A stretch of 63,027 bases of DNA, counting the filler, from Squatina squatina (taxonomy: Eukaryota): the NCBI GenBank assembly GCA_031763465.1. It is 3 parts of 3 records of this genome, joined end to end, with 100 filler letters (N's around TTAATTAATTAA, not from the genome) between each part and the next. Parts side by side here need not be neighbours in the genome. Positions count along the whole stretch, not along the records: positions 40,882 to 63,027 come from JARFOE010000046.1; 2 more parts are not named here. One strand, 5' to 3'. The translations under genes were made by a program, and so were the position numbers. How positions within the stretch are numbered: the first letter of the stretch is position 1; the number at the start of each line of letters is the position of its first letter. Below the pieces are notes generated by a model. That model had not been told where the DNA came from and searched no databases. It saw only the letters and a program-made list of their open reading frames with translations. Below, one piece after another: positions 41,531 through 54,874 of this stretch.

Positions 41531-42066
41531 GGCCCTGAATTTGCAGTTGGAGGCGTACCTCCAGAGTACATCTCTGACCTGTGAAACATCTACAAACTTA
41601 CCTCCTGGCTCCTAAGCTACTGAGAGTTCGGGTCTCAGGCCTCCAGGCTTACCTGCATAAAGGCCCATGAATCCCAGAGGCACAGGTGGTTCGAGTGCGT
41701 CCCGGGGATCACGTGGGCCAAGTCCTCCAATGAGAAAGGAGGATTCCATTTCCGAACAGAATTTCCATAATCCCTACTCGAATTCCCAAATAATTAAACA
41801 ATTTAGACAACTGAAATAAAAATAAATGCTCTCATTTTCAAATTTAATTAAAAGCCCCGTCAATACAGCAAATAAAATAAAAATGTGATTTTTTTTTGGA
41901 AAATAATTTCAAACCTTTTAATCTGGGCCAAAATTTTGCATAAACTAATTTGTTTGTGCATCATTTTTGTTTTATTTTTAAGTTCTTAATTTAGGATTTA
42001 TATTAACCCTTAGGCTGGTGGTGAAAGCAAGCCCTACGCCACCACTGGCAGCGCAAATTCCGGGCC
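41531..42066. mobile_element. MITE with GGCCCTGAATTTGC / GCAAATTCCGGGCC termini (Harbinger-like)
   Basis: Imperfect 14-bp TIRs. Internal 41915-42035 recurs in reverse orientation at about 33655-33780. Confidence 0.65.
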
Positions 42067-43682
42067 AAGGTTACACCTTCCAACTGTATATATCTGTATC
42101 AGTTTCACGTTAGGTTCAGCTTTAGTATATCAATGTCATAAAGCATTCATTTACATTTTTTTTGTGAATTACATTGTTTTAACCTCGTTTCCAGTTTGGA
42201 TACAGCTCTGAACAATTTTGTCTGGTAGATTTATTTTTAAATAATCCTTGCGGCCAAACTCCCTTTCAGCTTTCTGTTTCCATTTACTCTTGACAAGGTA
42301 ATTCTCGTTAAATTTGAGCATTATAGCTACCATCTCTTATCTACCACAAACACACGGAATAAGCTAGTTTTATATTTATTCAAAAATACCTCAACATATT
42401 GCCAGAAGCATGATACTCGATGACAGATATTTTAATTGGTATTCTTTCTATTCTTCGCACCTGGTTTTCCTCTCATTAGAATTACTTTGGGGAAAACGAT
42501 AAACTTTGAGTAGAAAAACGAAAATGCTTAACTATATTCCGAGGCTTTGCAAGACCTCGGATAGTGACATTTTTAAAAAGTTAAACAGAAAGCTGTTTGC
42601 TCGAGAATTTGCAAGGGAATGGCTTCAGTAGATTAATATCTATGAAATGAACAGGGCCGGTATCGAATCCCAGCAATAATAACACCAAAGCACATTTATT
42701 ACATAGGCAAGATTTACCTATTTCTTAAATGTGTGACGCCAATACTTTCAATTCATCTGCCTATTGCGTTACTTGTATTCACGTACTGTTGTAAATGCGA
42801 ATATTTTTTTTTATTCAAGATTAATAGATTGCATTAGAAATATGCAGACCTTTATTTTTTACTCGAGTCACACTAGATCTTAAATAATCAGTTTCCCAAT
42901 GTTAAGATTGGATCCAAATTTAAGCAACTGGGGCCCATCTTACAGCAGTGTCTGTTGCCTTCTCATTTTTGTGTCACAAGGATTTTATCTTTCAACTGTA
43001 TTCAGCTATGGCTGAAATCTGCAACCGGTTGAGGGTTTTCATCCCATCCTTTTTAATTGGGGGCATTCTTCCAATGAATGCTATCTCAGAATTTTAATGA
43101 TAGGAAGCAGAAGCAAAACTCAAACAAATCATGCATTCCTTGACTTAGAGAAATGAGTTGTGATCACAGTAACCTTTGCCCAATGAAACTCTACATAGCC
43201 ATTGTATCCTTTTGCTCTATGTCACTGATCAATTCTCAGCCTTTCAATCCATAGCAGGTGAGTTTGTCTTTGATACACATCAACTTGGTGTGCCCTGTTA
43301 AATTGCCAAGTAAACTAATCAAGGATCACTTTGCATTCTTTCATTCAATGTGTTTATGTATTTTCTGCTTTTGGATCATCTTGTTTTGCAGTACCGGAGC
43401 CCTTTTTGTGAGGGCATTGGCCAATGTTTCTGTCATTCCAGTATCATTAGAACATAGAACATAGAACATAGAAAATACAGCACATAACAGGCCCTTCGGC
43501 CCACAATGTTGTGCCGAACCTTTGTCCCAGATCAGAAAACAAATTAATCTACACCCGCCATACCCCTATCCATGCACCTGTCNNNNNNNNNNNNNNNNNN
43601 NNNNNNNNNNNNNNNNNNNNNNNNNNNNNNNNNNNNNNNNNNNNNNNNNNNNNNNNNNNNNNNNNNNNNNNNNNNNNNNNNN

Positions 43683-44054
43683 TTATAAAATTCTAACAGG
43701 ACTGGACAGACTAGATACAGGAAGGATGTTTCCGATGGCCGGTGAGTCGAGAACCAGGGATCACAGTCTCAGGGTACGGGATATGCCATTTAAGACTGAG
43801 ATGAGGAGAAATTTCTTCACTCAGAGTGGTGAACCTGTGAAGTTCTCTACCACAAAAGGCTGTGGAGACCAAGTCACTAAATATATTTAAGAAGGAGATA
43901 GTTATGTTTCTTGACACTAAAGGCATTAAGGGATATGGGGAGAAAGCGGGAACATGGTACTGAGTTAGAGGGTCAGCAATGATCATATTGAATGACGGAG
44001 CAGGCCCGAAGGGCCAAATGGCCTACTCCTGCTTCTATTTTCTATGTTTCTATG
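43683..44054 (+). mobile_element. CR1 LINE 3' end
   Basis: YKILTGLDRLDTGRMFP...RRNFFTQ; tail ending ttctatgtttctatg. Confidence 0.85.
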
Positions 44055-44059
44055 ATCAA

Positions 44060-44720
44060 TGTTTGTGTAAAGAAGAATTTCCTAATATCAGTCTTAAAAA
44101 TATAAGTTGCTAGTTTGCTTGTTCCACTCCCACAGTTTAACTTAAAACAATATTCCAAGTTAACATTTTTATATCCTTAACAATCTTATGTACCTCTATA
44201 AGATCATCTCTCACATACTTTCATTCGAGACTAAAAAGCCCAAGTATCTCCTGTCTTTCCTCAACTCAGACTCTAACACGGGGGATTAGACTTGTGACGC
44301 TTCTCTGCACCACTGCACCAGTGCTTGAAAATCACTCTTGTTTTTTGAACACCAGAATTGTGCACTTTGATCGATATCTTCTCTGACATATTCTAGTGTT
44401 TTGGTTATGCAGTTCGATATTCTATTGGCTTAGTTCGCTGCTGCTCTGATTTGAGATTCCTAAGTCTTTGTCAGCTTCATCCTTGCCTATTTCAACACCA
44501 TTCATGAAATATATGATACCTGAACCTGGAGACACCCTACTCAGTACTTTCCCCCTCTCCAACATAACTGCCCTATTAAGTACTCATTGTTTCCTAACCT
44601 TCAGCTTGATTCTTATCTATTCCCAGGGTTTAACCTGAATCCCAGAGATTCAACTAATGGGTTTCGATGTGGAACTTTATCAAAGGCTTTTAGGAAGTTG
44701 AGGTGCATCACATTGTAGGG
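44060..44720 (-). mobile_element. Older CR1 ORF2 fragment
   Basis: Minus strand contains KAFDKVPH (ggaactttatcaaaggctttt on +) and downstream ORF2-like text. Confidence 0.6.
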
Positions 44721-46392
44721 TTTATCATTCTGCGCTCCTCGTCCAACAGGTGTGCTGTGTCTTTCATTTCCTATACATTTTCTGAGTCATCAGCAAAAGA
44801 CAAGGCTGAAGCGTTTGCAATCATCTTCAGCCANNNNNNNNNNNNNNNNNNNNNNNNNNNNNNNNNNNNNNNNNNNNNNNNNNNNNNNNNNNNNNNNNNN
44901 NNNNNNNNNNNNNNNNNNNNNNNNNNNNNNNNNTGGACTGAAGTGGCAACTCACAAAAATCCCCAAGTGACAGATTTCGGGAGAGGGCAGGAATGGATGG
45001 CATGCCACTGCTGACGTTGCTGGCCTGATTTGGCTCAACTCCCAGGCAATCTGAGGATCATTATGTGTTGTATGCAATTATCATTGAACCGCACACGTCA
45101 ACTCTAAGAATAGCGAGGCATAACTTCTACAAAGTACTAGCAGGTTCTGAAATATGCTATTACTAAGGCAGTAGAAAAGATTAATTCTTACAATTATATG
45201 CGGTAATATTTAATCTCTCATAGTTTAATAACACGGGATAGCTGAGCTTTTCATTCATTCAGCTTGTGTGAGCTATCTCATTCGCAAGTGCAAGAAATTG
45301 AAACTTAAAGCTTCATTTGCCAAGTATATCTGCCTTATCCATAGAAGGAATAACTTGCCTGATATGACGTGTCAAATTATCAAAGTTATGAATGAACAAC
45401 AACTATTACTTTAATGGCAATTACATAAATTATGTGATGCTCTTCAGATTCTGTAAGGTCAGATAGACAAAATAAATAGTCGCATGCCCTGCATTCTTCA
45501 AATCTGCGACTCATAGCTTCAGCCAGCTCTCTGTTGAAAGCTGCTTTGACAAAAGGATAGCTCCTGGTCAGTTATTGAGCACAGCGTACGACAGTGGTAT
45601 TTCCAACAGAAAATGCACCCATCAATGTCAGGATCCATTAACAACTTTTTAATTATCCTGTATTAAGATTGAACACAGAATCTTGGCATAAATTAATACT
45701 TTTTAAACATGTCTGAAAGTTGTTATAGCAAGTGTGGTGAAAGCAGGGAATAGTGAAACTACAAAAGATAAATGCTGCTATTTTTATCTTGGAATATAAG
45801 AAGTAGGAACAGGAGTAGGTTATATGGCCCCTCAAGCCTGCTCCACTATTCAATAAGATCATGGCTGATCTTTTACCTCAACTCNNNNNNNNNNNNNNNN
45901 NNNNNNNNNNNNNNNNNNNNNNNNNNNNNNNNNNNNNNNNNNNNNNNNNNNNNNNNNNNNNNNNNNNNNNNNNNNNNNNNNNNNATAGTTGTGCACCTAC
46001 AATGGCCACATACCTCTAGGCAAAATGTGCCCTGCCCTGCCTCTGGCCGCGGAATCTCCCACTCCCCTCCTGATCATAGCCAGAACTTTTTGTTCAAGGG
46101 CAGTGATATCATGCAGACGTGGTTGACCTTCCCCGGTCAGGTCCTGCTGCCACCTGTTGTGTGTTATTTTTTACTGGAAGGGAAAGAGTGGTGATTGTGA
46201 ATGAGTGCATTGACAAGTTTATTTGTGTCTGTGTGACGCCTCACATAGTTCAAGAGCTGTGAGATCTGTGAGTAGTGCCTCTAAAGGATGCAATAGTGTG
46301 GTGTGTGAATGTCAATGTATAGTTAGATAGTGGATGAAGTGTGCTGAGGNNNNNNNNNNTATTGAGAAATGTTTTGTGAGATGGGATCGTAC

Positions 46393-46640
46393 CTTGACCA
46401 CTCGTGTCAAGTCATTAAATTTCTTATGGCACTAGACCCCTGTCTTGGGGCCCGGGCTCCAGGCTGTGGGCTGCAGGATGTGACCTCCCGGGCCATCTCT
46501 CACATGTGGCACATCATCTGCCTCCGTAGTCTCCTTCCCCACTGTGGGTGGAGGACAGCCCTCCTCCTTTCTACATTCTCCATCAGGACCTCCAATGCCA
46601 CATCGGAGAACCTGGGCGTCCTATCTCTTGCTCCTTGTGT
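46393..46640 (-). pseudogene. Degenerate Myb/SANT-like DNA-binding protein of a Harbinger transposon
   Basis: Manual translation RTPRFSDVALEVLMENVERRRAVL...EMAREVT...KKFNDLTRVVK, with stops and a frameshift. Confidence 0.7.
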
Positions 46641-48289
46641 TATTATTTCACTCCTAGCCATCACACTCCACACCTTTAATGGAAGTGGGTGAGCGCAGGC
46701 TACATATAAAACTGCAAGAAATTTGCATTTAATTGCATCTGGGCACTTGAGTGCTAAACTAGCAATTGTCAGTTTTAGTGCCTGCAGGCACGTTCAAATC
46801 ATGATAATTATCAGTTAGCCCAAAAATTGTGTGCTAAACCCAGACTTTCAATCAGGCGTGTCTTATTAGCACAGGACCCGTTTAGTGCCTCTTTTCACTC
46901 TTTGGCCAAATTAACTCCCTTTATGTTCTGTTGCTGTAAACATCCTGTATGCTCGATATAACTATGTTGTATGCTTTAGTTTTATTTTCAAATTTAGTGT
47001 TAATATATCATGCATCCAATTGATGTTTGGTGCCAGAATTCCTGTACATATTGATCTGGCCAATCATATATATTAACAATAATAATTATTTAATAACTAA
47101 ACAAGCCAATCATTTCATAAAGTTAGAGATTCTCTAAGCAGATCTCCATTTGCTGACACAAGTAAGAATTGTCCAAATGTGTCTATGATCTTTAATCCTG
47201 AACTATTTTAAAAACAAGCTTTTGATGGTTTAAATTGCAAATGGATAATGATTGTCTTTCTTTATCTCATTGGAAATTTACAAAACTATGATCNNNNNNN
47301 NNNNNNNNNNNNNNNNNNNNNNNNNNNNNNNNNNNNNNNNNNNNNNNNNNNNNNNNNNNNNNNNNNNNNNNNNNNNNNNNNNNNNNNNNNNNNAAACATT
47401 AGTAAGCAACATGCCTCAGATAGGTCTGGCCTGGCCTTCATACTCTGTGATGTGCCAATGCCCCAAAATGAGTGGTACCTGCATCGGCACACTGAATGTG
47501 AAGGCAGTATGGAAAGGCTGCCACAGTGCTAACATTTCTTACAGACAAGCACATAGTTAGTCTCAAGAGCAATGCGTACTTACTTGCACTCCACGACTTA
47601 GGTCGTTGAATTTTTTTCTGATTGATGCTACTTACTGCATTTACCACCAACACCTCTTGAGAGATTTACCTCCACAATGTCCTCACCAGCTGCACACTCC
47701 CCCTTCATCCTGCCCTCATGAATGGTTGGTGGGCCTGCGCCCCCACCGCTGCCACCAGTGCCCCCACCGCTGCCACCAGTGCCTCCAGAGCCTCGTCCGT
47801 GAATCTTGGGGCTCTTTGAAATCCAGCTGCAGCAGCCATCATTAATGTGCAGCTCAAGAAACGTTGCAGCAGCTAATAAACAGATTTCTGGAACACACCA
47901 CCACAAACCAGCACCTCCCGATCTCAGACTGCCAGTGGCCTGAGCAGCAGCTGAAGTGACTTTGCACATTAGCTTTAAGGGCTCGAGTGGGCTGGAAACT
48001 GATTAACTCCCATCATTAAGTTCAAGGAATTGGTGCAGTTGAGAATTTAGCACCACAGATAAGCTGAGCAGCGCTCCCATTAGGCCCCATTAGCACCACA
48101 CCTGAGAATTTTTGTTGAAGAGACCAATGCACCAATTTTTTTCAACAACGTTAATACGGCACCAAAAGCAAACTAATTCGGCTGCTAACGTTGCCAGCGT
48201 GGCATTATCCAATTGGGCCCCCCTAAAGTTGTCATCACGGAGATTTTCCCCCTTTATGGCAGCTTTCTTTGATCGCTGTCTCATCACTG

Positions 48290-49372
48290 TTGACAGCAAA
48301 TTAAGGGCCATTGTATCTAGCCTATAACTGAACATTTTCCTCTTTGAAGACCTCTCATTGCTCATTTACTGTTTTGCCTGTCAATCTTTGATTCCAATCT
48401 ACCTGGGCCAGATCCAATTCACTGAAATTAGCCTTCCTCCAGTTGATTATTTTCACATTTTGATTTTTCCTTGTCCTTTCCCATAATTAATCTAAACCTA
48501 ATGATATTGTGATCACTGATTCCCAAGTGATTCACTGCAACATGACCCACTTGCCCACTTCATTCCCCAGAACCGGATCCAGCACTTCCTTTCTCATTGG
48601 GCTGGAAACATGATTTTGCCAATCATCTTAAATCTGTGTCCTCTGTTTACCTTCTGCCACTGGATACAGTTTCTCCACATTTAATCTTTCAAAACCATTC
48701 ATGATTTTGAACACCTTTATGAAATCTCATCTTAACCTTCTCTGTTCTAAGGAGAACAACACCAGCATCTCCAGTCTCTGCACATAACTGAAGTCCCTCA
48801 ATCCTGGTACCATTTTCATAAATTTGTTCAGCACCCTCTCTAAGGCCTTGACATCCTTCTGAAAATGTTAAATACAATACTGCAACTGAGGCCTAACCAG
48901 TGTTTTATAAAGATTTACCATAATTTTCTTGCTCAAGTCTCTATTAATAAAGCCAAGGATTCCATATGCTTATTTCACAATCTTCTCAACTTGTCCTGCC
49001 ATATTCAAAGATTTGTGTACGTACGCCCCCAGGCCTCTATGCACTCCCTTTAAAATTGCACCATTTAGATTATATTGCCTCTCCTCATTTTTCCTACAAA
49101 AATGTATTACTTCACACTTCTCTGCATTAAATTTCATTTGCCATGTGTTTCATCTGCCATTTCACCAGTCTGTCTAGGTCCTCCTGAACTCTGTTACTAT
49201 CCTCTTCATTTACTACATTTCTGAATTTTGTGTCATCTGCAAACTTTGAAATTATTCCCTTATACCCAAATCTAGGTCATTTATATAACAAAAAATGCAG
49301 TGATCCTAATACATATGTCTGGGAAGCACCGCTGTATACATCCCTCCAGTCTGAAAACAACTGTTCACCACT
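48290..49372 (-). mobile_element. CR1 ORF2 fragments (RT C-terminal part and endonuclease end)
   Basis: Minus strand KFADD (tgtcatctgcaaactt on +) and SDHNIIRF (atattgtgatcact on +). Confidence 0.8.
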
Positions 49373-49379
49373 ACTCTCT

Positions 49380-50200
49380 GCAGCTGGAGAAGAACTTGGA
49401 GTGGGAGGGGGAGGATATAGTTGTCATGGTCCATGTAGGAACCAACAACATTGGTAGAACTAAGAATAAGATTCTGCTGAGGGAGTTTGAGGAGCTACGG
49501 TCGAAATTAATAAGCAGAACCTCAACGGTAATAATCTTTGGATTACTACCTGAGCCACGCGCAAATCGTCATAGGGATAAGCAGATGAGAGAGTTAAATG
49601 CATGGCTCAAAATGTGGTATGGGAAGAAGGGGTTTCAATTCATGGGGCACCAGTACTGGGAAAAGAGGTTCCACTTAAATCGGGCTGGGACCCGCATCCT
49701 GGTGAATTGAATAACTCGGGCTGCAGATAGAGCTTTAAACTAAAAAAGAGTGGTGGGGGGGAAGGGGGGTCAGGGGAGAAAGAAATCAAGAGATAAAGAA
49801 AGAAAGAAAGAAAGGCAGACTTGCATTTATATCGTGCCTTTCACAAACACCCGATGTCTCAAAGCGCTTTACAGCCAATGAAGTACATTAAATACATTGA
49901 AGGTGAGGGGAAATTTAGACACCTAAAGAGAAAGGTCCAGGCAATAGAACAGTGTAGCGATTTGGGTAAAAATAAGCAGAGTGTGACAGGGAGGGACAGG
50001 AAGTTTAATGGTAGCAGTGCAGCAGAAAATATGGTCAAAGCTGTGAATAATGGTAAAAACTTTAAATTAAAGGCTCTTTATCCGAATGTACGAAGCATTC
50101 GAAACAAGATAGATGAACTTGTCGTACAAATAGAGATAGATCGATTTAATTCTAATAACCATTACAGAAATGTGGTTGCAAGGTGACCAAGGTTGGGAAC
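49380..50200 (+). mobile_element. CR1 LINE 5' region: ORF1 SGNH-esterase domain and start of the ORF2 endonuclease
   Basis: VVMVHVGTNNIGR...GLLPEPRA...LNAWLK...FHLNRAG (SGNH/GDSL-type); LKALYPNVRSIRNKIDEL (APE N-terminus). Confidence 0.85.
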
Positions 50201-51758
50201 TAAGGGGCCCCAATTCGGCTGGGCCAAACCGGCCGCAGCATTTGGATTCCCACAGCTGANNNNNNNNNNNNNNNNNNNNNNNNNNNNNNNNNNNNNNNNN
50301 NNNNNNNNNNNNNNNNNNNNNNNNNNNNNNNNNNNNNNNNNNNNNNNNNNNNNNNNNNNAGATCAATTTTTTTGTCTGTTTTTGATATTGAATATATCAC
50401 TGTGATTGGTAGTTTGTGAATATTTATACACAATATATATCGACACAGGACATGATATAAGCTGAAAGCATCAGTACATTTGTTGAAGTACTATATTAAT
50501 TGATGGATTGCTGAGGTTTGGAAAATAATATTGCACCCTATAAGCAGAACATTAATTAATGTGAAGCCAACTGGTTTGGCTAGTGCAAATCATAACTTGA
50601 ATACCAATGGTGCTATTCAAGTTTTAATAAGAGGTCTCCAGTTTATCAACATTAACATGTCTACTCTGCATCATGCAAGAATGTACTAAATTACATTAAT
50701 CAAATAGTTTTCAGTCATGACACCATTCTGTCAAAAATAACCAAATCGGTTAATAAAATTAGAGTTCTAACTCTTGAGGTGACATTTGTAATTATAAATA
50801 TTTGGGTTATAGTTTACCTTGGGCGCTATTTTTCCAATTGAGTTCAAACAACTGAAAACAAGCAGCAACCATGAGGCAGTCATTCAGTACATGAGACCTG
50901 CTGTTGAGTGCAAAGTGAGTTTGTCTATCCTCCATTGTATGGTATAAGTAAACACATTTCTCATAATTTTTCAGCCAAAATCATAAAAGTTTCTATTCTG
51001 TCAAAAAATAAGCCAGCACTAGGTTAAGAATTATGTGCGCGTAAGCCTTTGACCTACTGTACTGAAGGAAATTTATTCCCACAAGTTCACAATTTAAAAA
51101 CATTTAAGTTAACATCAACGAATGTTTGGTTTGCTTTGTGGTAATTACTGGGTACTATTAATAATCGGTTATGTCTGAGAAATGCCCTGTTGATGAACAG
51201 TTTATTGATACTCATACCAGGCAAAATTAAATAATCTATGGCTTCTGTACAATGAATATTCTTGTGGTTTCACAGGCATAGGGTATTTGTGATGACACTT
51301 GTTTACAAAGCTAAAGTAAAACATTTTTAAAAGACTGCTTCATTGACATTCTAATTGTGAGTCATCAAATGCCTGTGTGTTTATTGTGTGTCTAGCTGAA
51401 AAAAGCTGCTGGTGGCAAATGTTGCAGGCGACCTCGCCTGAGCTTTTAAGCTTGGAGCTGCACCTCTCTCATCGCGTATAGGTTCACTGTGACATCTGGA
51501 GGCAACGTTGGTGATTTTGTGAGAGGCTGATGCCGGCATCAAATGGCTGCTGGATGCCGGGTGCCGGTGGCCTCAGTTGTGGTGGCGGCAGGCGTCGATG
51601 ACTTCATCAGCCAGCGCGCCGCCGATTCTGAACTCAACCTCTAGTATTCACCTGCGCCNNNNNNNNNNNNNNNNNNNNNNNNNNNNNNNNNNNNNNNNNN
51701 NNNNNNNNNNNNNNNNNNNNNNNNNNNNNNNNNNNNNNNNNNNNNNNNNNNNNNNNNN

Positions 51759-52485
51759 GGAAAGAGAGGGGTGGAAAAATTTAGGGAAGGAATTCCAGAG
51801 CTTAGGGCCTAGACGGCTGAAGGCACAGCTGATGAAAATCGGGGATACGCAAGAGGCCAAAATTGGATGAGCGCAGAGATTCCGGAAGGTTGTAGGGCTG
51901 GAGAAGATTAGAGATAAGGAGGGGTGAGGCCATGGATGATTTGAAAACAAGGACGAGAATTTTTAAATTGAGGCATTGCTAGACTGGGACTCAATGTAGG
52001 TCAGTCAGCACAGGGGTGATGGGTGAATGGGTGAATGGGACTTGGTGCAAGTTAGGATACGGGCAGCAGAGTTCTGAATGAGCTCAAGTTTACAGAGGGT
52101 GCAAGGTGGGAAGCCAACCAGGAGAGCACTGGAATAATTAGGTCTAGAAGTAATAAATGCATGGATGAGGGTTTCAGCAGCAGATGAACTGAGGCAGGAG
52201 CAGAGGTGGGCAATGTTAGAGTTGGAAGTAAATGGTCTTGATAGAGGATATGAGGTCAGAAGCTCAGCTCAGGGTCAAATTGGGCATCAAGGTTGTGAAT
52301 GGTCTGGTTCAGCCTCAGACAGTGGCCTGTGAGAGACTTGGAGTTGGAGGCTACGTAATGGAGTTCGTGGTGGGGACTGAAGAAAATAGCTTTAGTTGGA
52401 GGAAATTTCTGGCCATCTAATACAGACAAGCAGCAGGACTAATCAGAGGCAATGGAGGGGTCGAGAGAGGTAGAGCTGGGTGTCG
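51759..52485 (-). mobile_element. L2-clade LINE 3' ORF2 fragment
   Basis: AFSRLGPKLWNSFP C-terminal motif on the minus strand; a similar tail occurs on + at 38773-39072. Confidence 0.65.
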
Positions 52486-53264
52486 NNNNNNNNNNNNNNN
52501 NNNNNNNNNNNNNNNNNNNNNNNNNNNNNNNNNNNNNNNNNNNNNNNNNNNNNNNNNNNNNNNNNNNNNNNNNNNNNNNNNNNNNAGTTATTTTTTAGCT
52601 TTCAATGCTTAGGGTGCAGATACAAAATGCATAGGTCAACCATGCCCATTCCAGCTGAAATTCCTTGCACCAGATAATCAGATACCAGAACTGAATGAAT
52701 TGTCAAAGTGAATAATGGGCAGAATCTCCTCCTCGAACAGGATCATCTCATTCACTGTTCTATGAAATGCAGCAGCAGCCCCAATATGAGGAATCACATC
52801 AAAATAAGTGGAACTTTTGATGGGAATACATTAGTAAATATATTTACAAAATCCAGAAATCAAGGGCAAAATTCAGGAAAATATATAAAGATTAAAGTAG
52901 CAACAATGTTGTGCTTCATGCATATTATAACTATAATTTTGCAATACAATTTCTGCATAATGGACCAAGGGGGCGATTTGGATTTTATTCATTCTATTAA
53001 TAGGCCGCTGAATCTGTTTCAGATCCAAATAGAAAGAAGTAAAGAATTTGCATTTATATAGTGCCTTTCTTGTCCTCGTTATATCCAAAAGTGTTTCAGA
53101 AAAAGGGTGGGACTAACAAATCTAGAGCCCTTGGATGTCAAGGGGCATACAGGGCAGGATAAAGNNNNNNNNNNNNNNNNNNNNNNNNNNNNNNNNNNNN
53201 NNNNNNNNNNNNNNNNNNNNNNNNNNNNNNNNNNNNNNNNNNNNNNNNNNNNNNNNNNNNNNNN

Positions 53265-53558
53265 CTCCAGTTGGAGGGGCCAGTCTACTTGTTTAGTTTG
53301 ATATATCAATCCCATGGCACTATTTGAAGAAGGCTGGGGAGTTCACCTGGTGCGCAAGCCAATATTTATCACTCAATCAAAACCAGTCAAAACTCATGGC
53401 TCTTTGTGGGGCTCTGCAGTGTGCAAATTAGCTGCTACATCTGCCTACAAAACAACAGTGCCTGTGCTTCAAAGAAAAAAAGTGTTTAATTGGCTGTGAA
53501 GCACTTTGGGATGTTCTGAGAATGGGAAAGGTGCTATGTAAATGCAAGTCTTTCTTTT
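53265..53558 (+). mobile_element. Deu-domain SINE copy (3' part)
   Basis: cccatggcactatttgaagaag...ttggctgtgaagcactttgggatg...aaatgcaagtctttc. Confidence 0.7.
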
Positions 53559-54264
53559 AGTCCTTTTGCATTAAAAGTGAATGGTTCAATGAGGTTACAT
53601 TTACCGTTTTAGAAGATAATGATCTGAATCCTCAGCCCTTGGTTTGGATGAACTGTTCTCCAAATTTTTAATTGACTAGAAAGAAAGCTGGAATAACACA
53701 CAAATGGCTCTGACTTCTCAGAGAACTGGCCAAATTGTCAACATCAATATTGAGGAGTCCAACTACAAGATTTATTTACCTGGTCCGAAGCCCAGAAAGA
53801 TCATAGCCCCAGCTTCTCTCTCAGAGCAGTGAGAGGTTCCAAACATGGTTTATCAAAAGCATTTGAATACTTGCAGATTTAATTTTGAACTATACATTGT
53901 GATGTACTTAGAACAATTGCGCAAGGTCTTTCATTGTGCTCAGCTCATCTTTGCTGCTTCCAAATTAAACATTTCAATTCAGTTCCTTTGACTAATATAT
54001 CGTTTGGCCATAAACTAACTCATATACAATCACCAAATTAAGAAATTACAAAAAAAACCTCTTTGATTAATAATATTTTTATTAAAATGTGCAGTGAGTA
54101 CTTAAAATCTTTAAAAAAAAACAAATCCCAAGAACGAGTCAAATGGACTATCTTAACAATGAATNNNNNNNNNNNNNNNNNNNNNNNNNNNNNNNNNNNN
54201 NNNNNNNNNNNNNNNNNNNNNNNNNNNNNNNNNNNNNNNNNNNNNNNNNNNNNNNNNNNNNNNN

Positions 54265-54432
54265 GGTGCTGTACTTCCCCCCTGTCTCTGTCCCCTCACT
54301 AACACCCTGTGGTGCTGTACACCACACCCCCGCCCCTGTCTCTGTCCCCTCACTGAAACCCTGTGGGTGCTGTACATCCCCCCTGTCTCTGTCCCCTCAC
54401 TGACACCCTGTGGTGCTGTACACCCCTCCCCC
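54265..54432. repeat. Minisatellite, about 46-52 bp unit (ggtgctgtac...cccctgtctctgtcccctcactgacaccctgt), at least 3 copies
   Basis: Directly visible; runs into the N gap on the left. Confidence 0.85.
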
Positions 54433-54490
54433 GGGTGCTGACTGGCTCTGACCTTCCACATAACGTTCAGTGCTACTTCAGACCGGATCC

Positions 54491-54554
54491 TGACGTCACT
54501 GTGATCCAGCACCTTTGACATATTAGCTGTTTGCTCGAAGCAGATTGTATAAAA
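54491..54554 (+). promoter_or_regulatory. Candidate ADRA1B promoter: full CRE (TGACGTCA, 54491-54498) and TATA box (TATAAAA, 54548-54554)
   Basis: Perfect palindromic CRE about 50 bp upstream of a consensus TATA, followed by a CpG-rich leader about 320 bp before the ATG. Confidence 0.65.
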
Positions 54555-54656
54555 AGGGCAGAGCGGGCGTGAGACACCGGCACAGCGTCGCAGCGCCGAG
54601 CGGCGATCCCTGTCCCAGATAACGGCGCCGAGCGAGGCGAGCCCTGGCTCTCGGAG

Positions 54657-54730
54657 GTAAGTGACCAGTGCTCCGGGGTCACTTGGCGATCATCTGCCCC
54701 GTTTCCCTCCCCTCCCGGGCTCGGGTGCAG
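54657..54730 (+). other. Candidate 74-nt 5'UTR intron of ADRA1B
   Basis: GAG|gtaagt donor, pyrimidine-rich tract (cccgtttccctcccctccc) and tgcag| acceptor. Confidence 0.5.
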
Positions 54731-54874
54731 GAAGCTGCACCGATGAGAGTGGGATTCGCAGTGAAGAAGGTCGCCCCTCCTCTCCACCGAACAACTTTGT
54801 CCCACTCTGCTGACTTGATGTCCACCTTGTGATGGGACCTCGCCGCCTGGCTGTCACATGAGCTGATATGGAGA

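Noticed and set aside
42531-42566. Small hairpin ccgagg...cctcgg with actat/atagt flanks
   Set aside because: Too short and imperfect to exceed chance; no RNA-family features.
47740-47781. 21-bp tandem duplication giving a Gly-rich ORF on the minus strand
   Set aside because: Only two copies, inside a probable transposon remnant.
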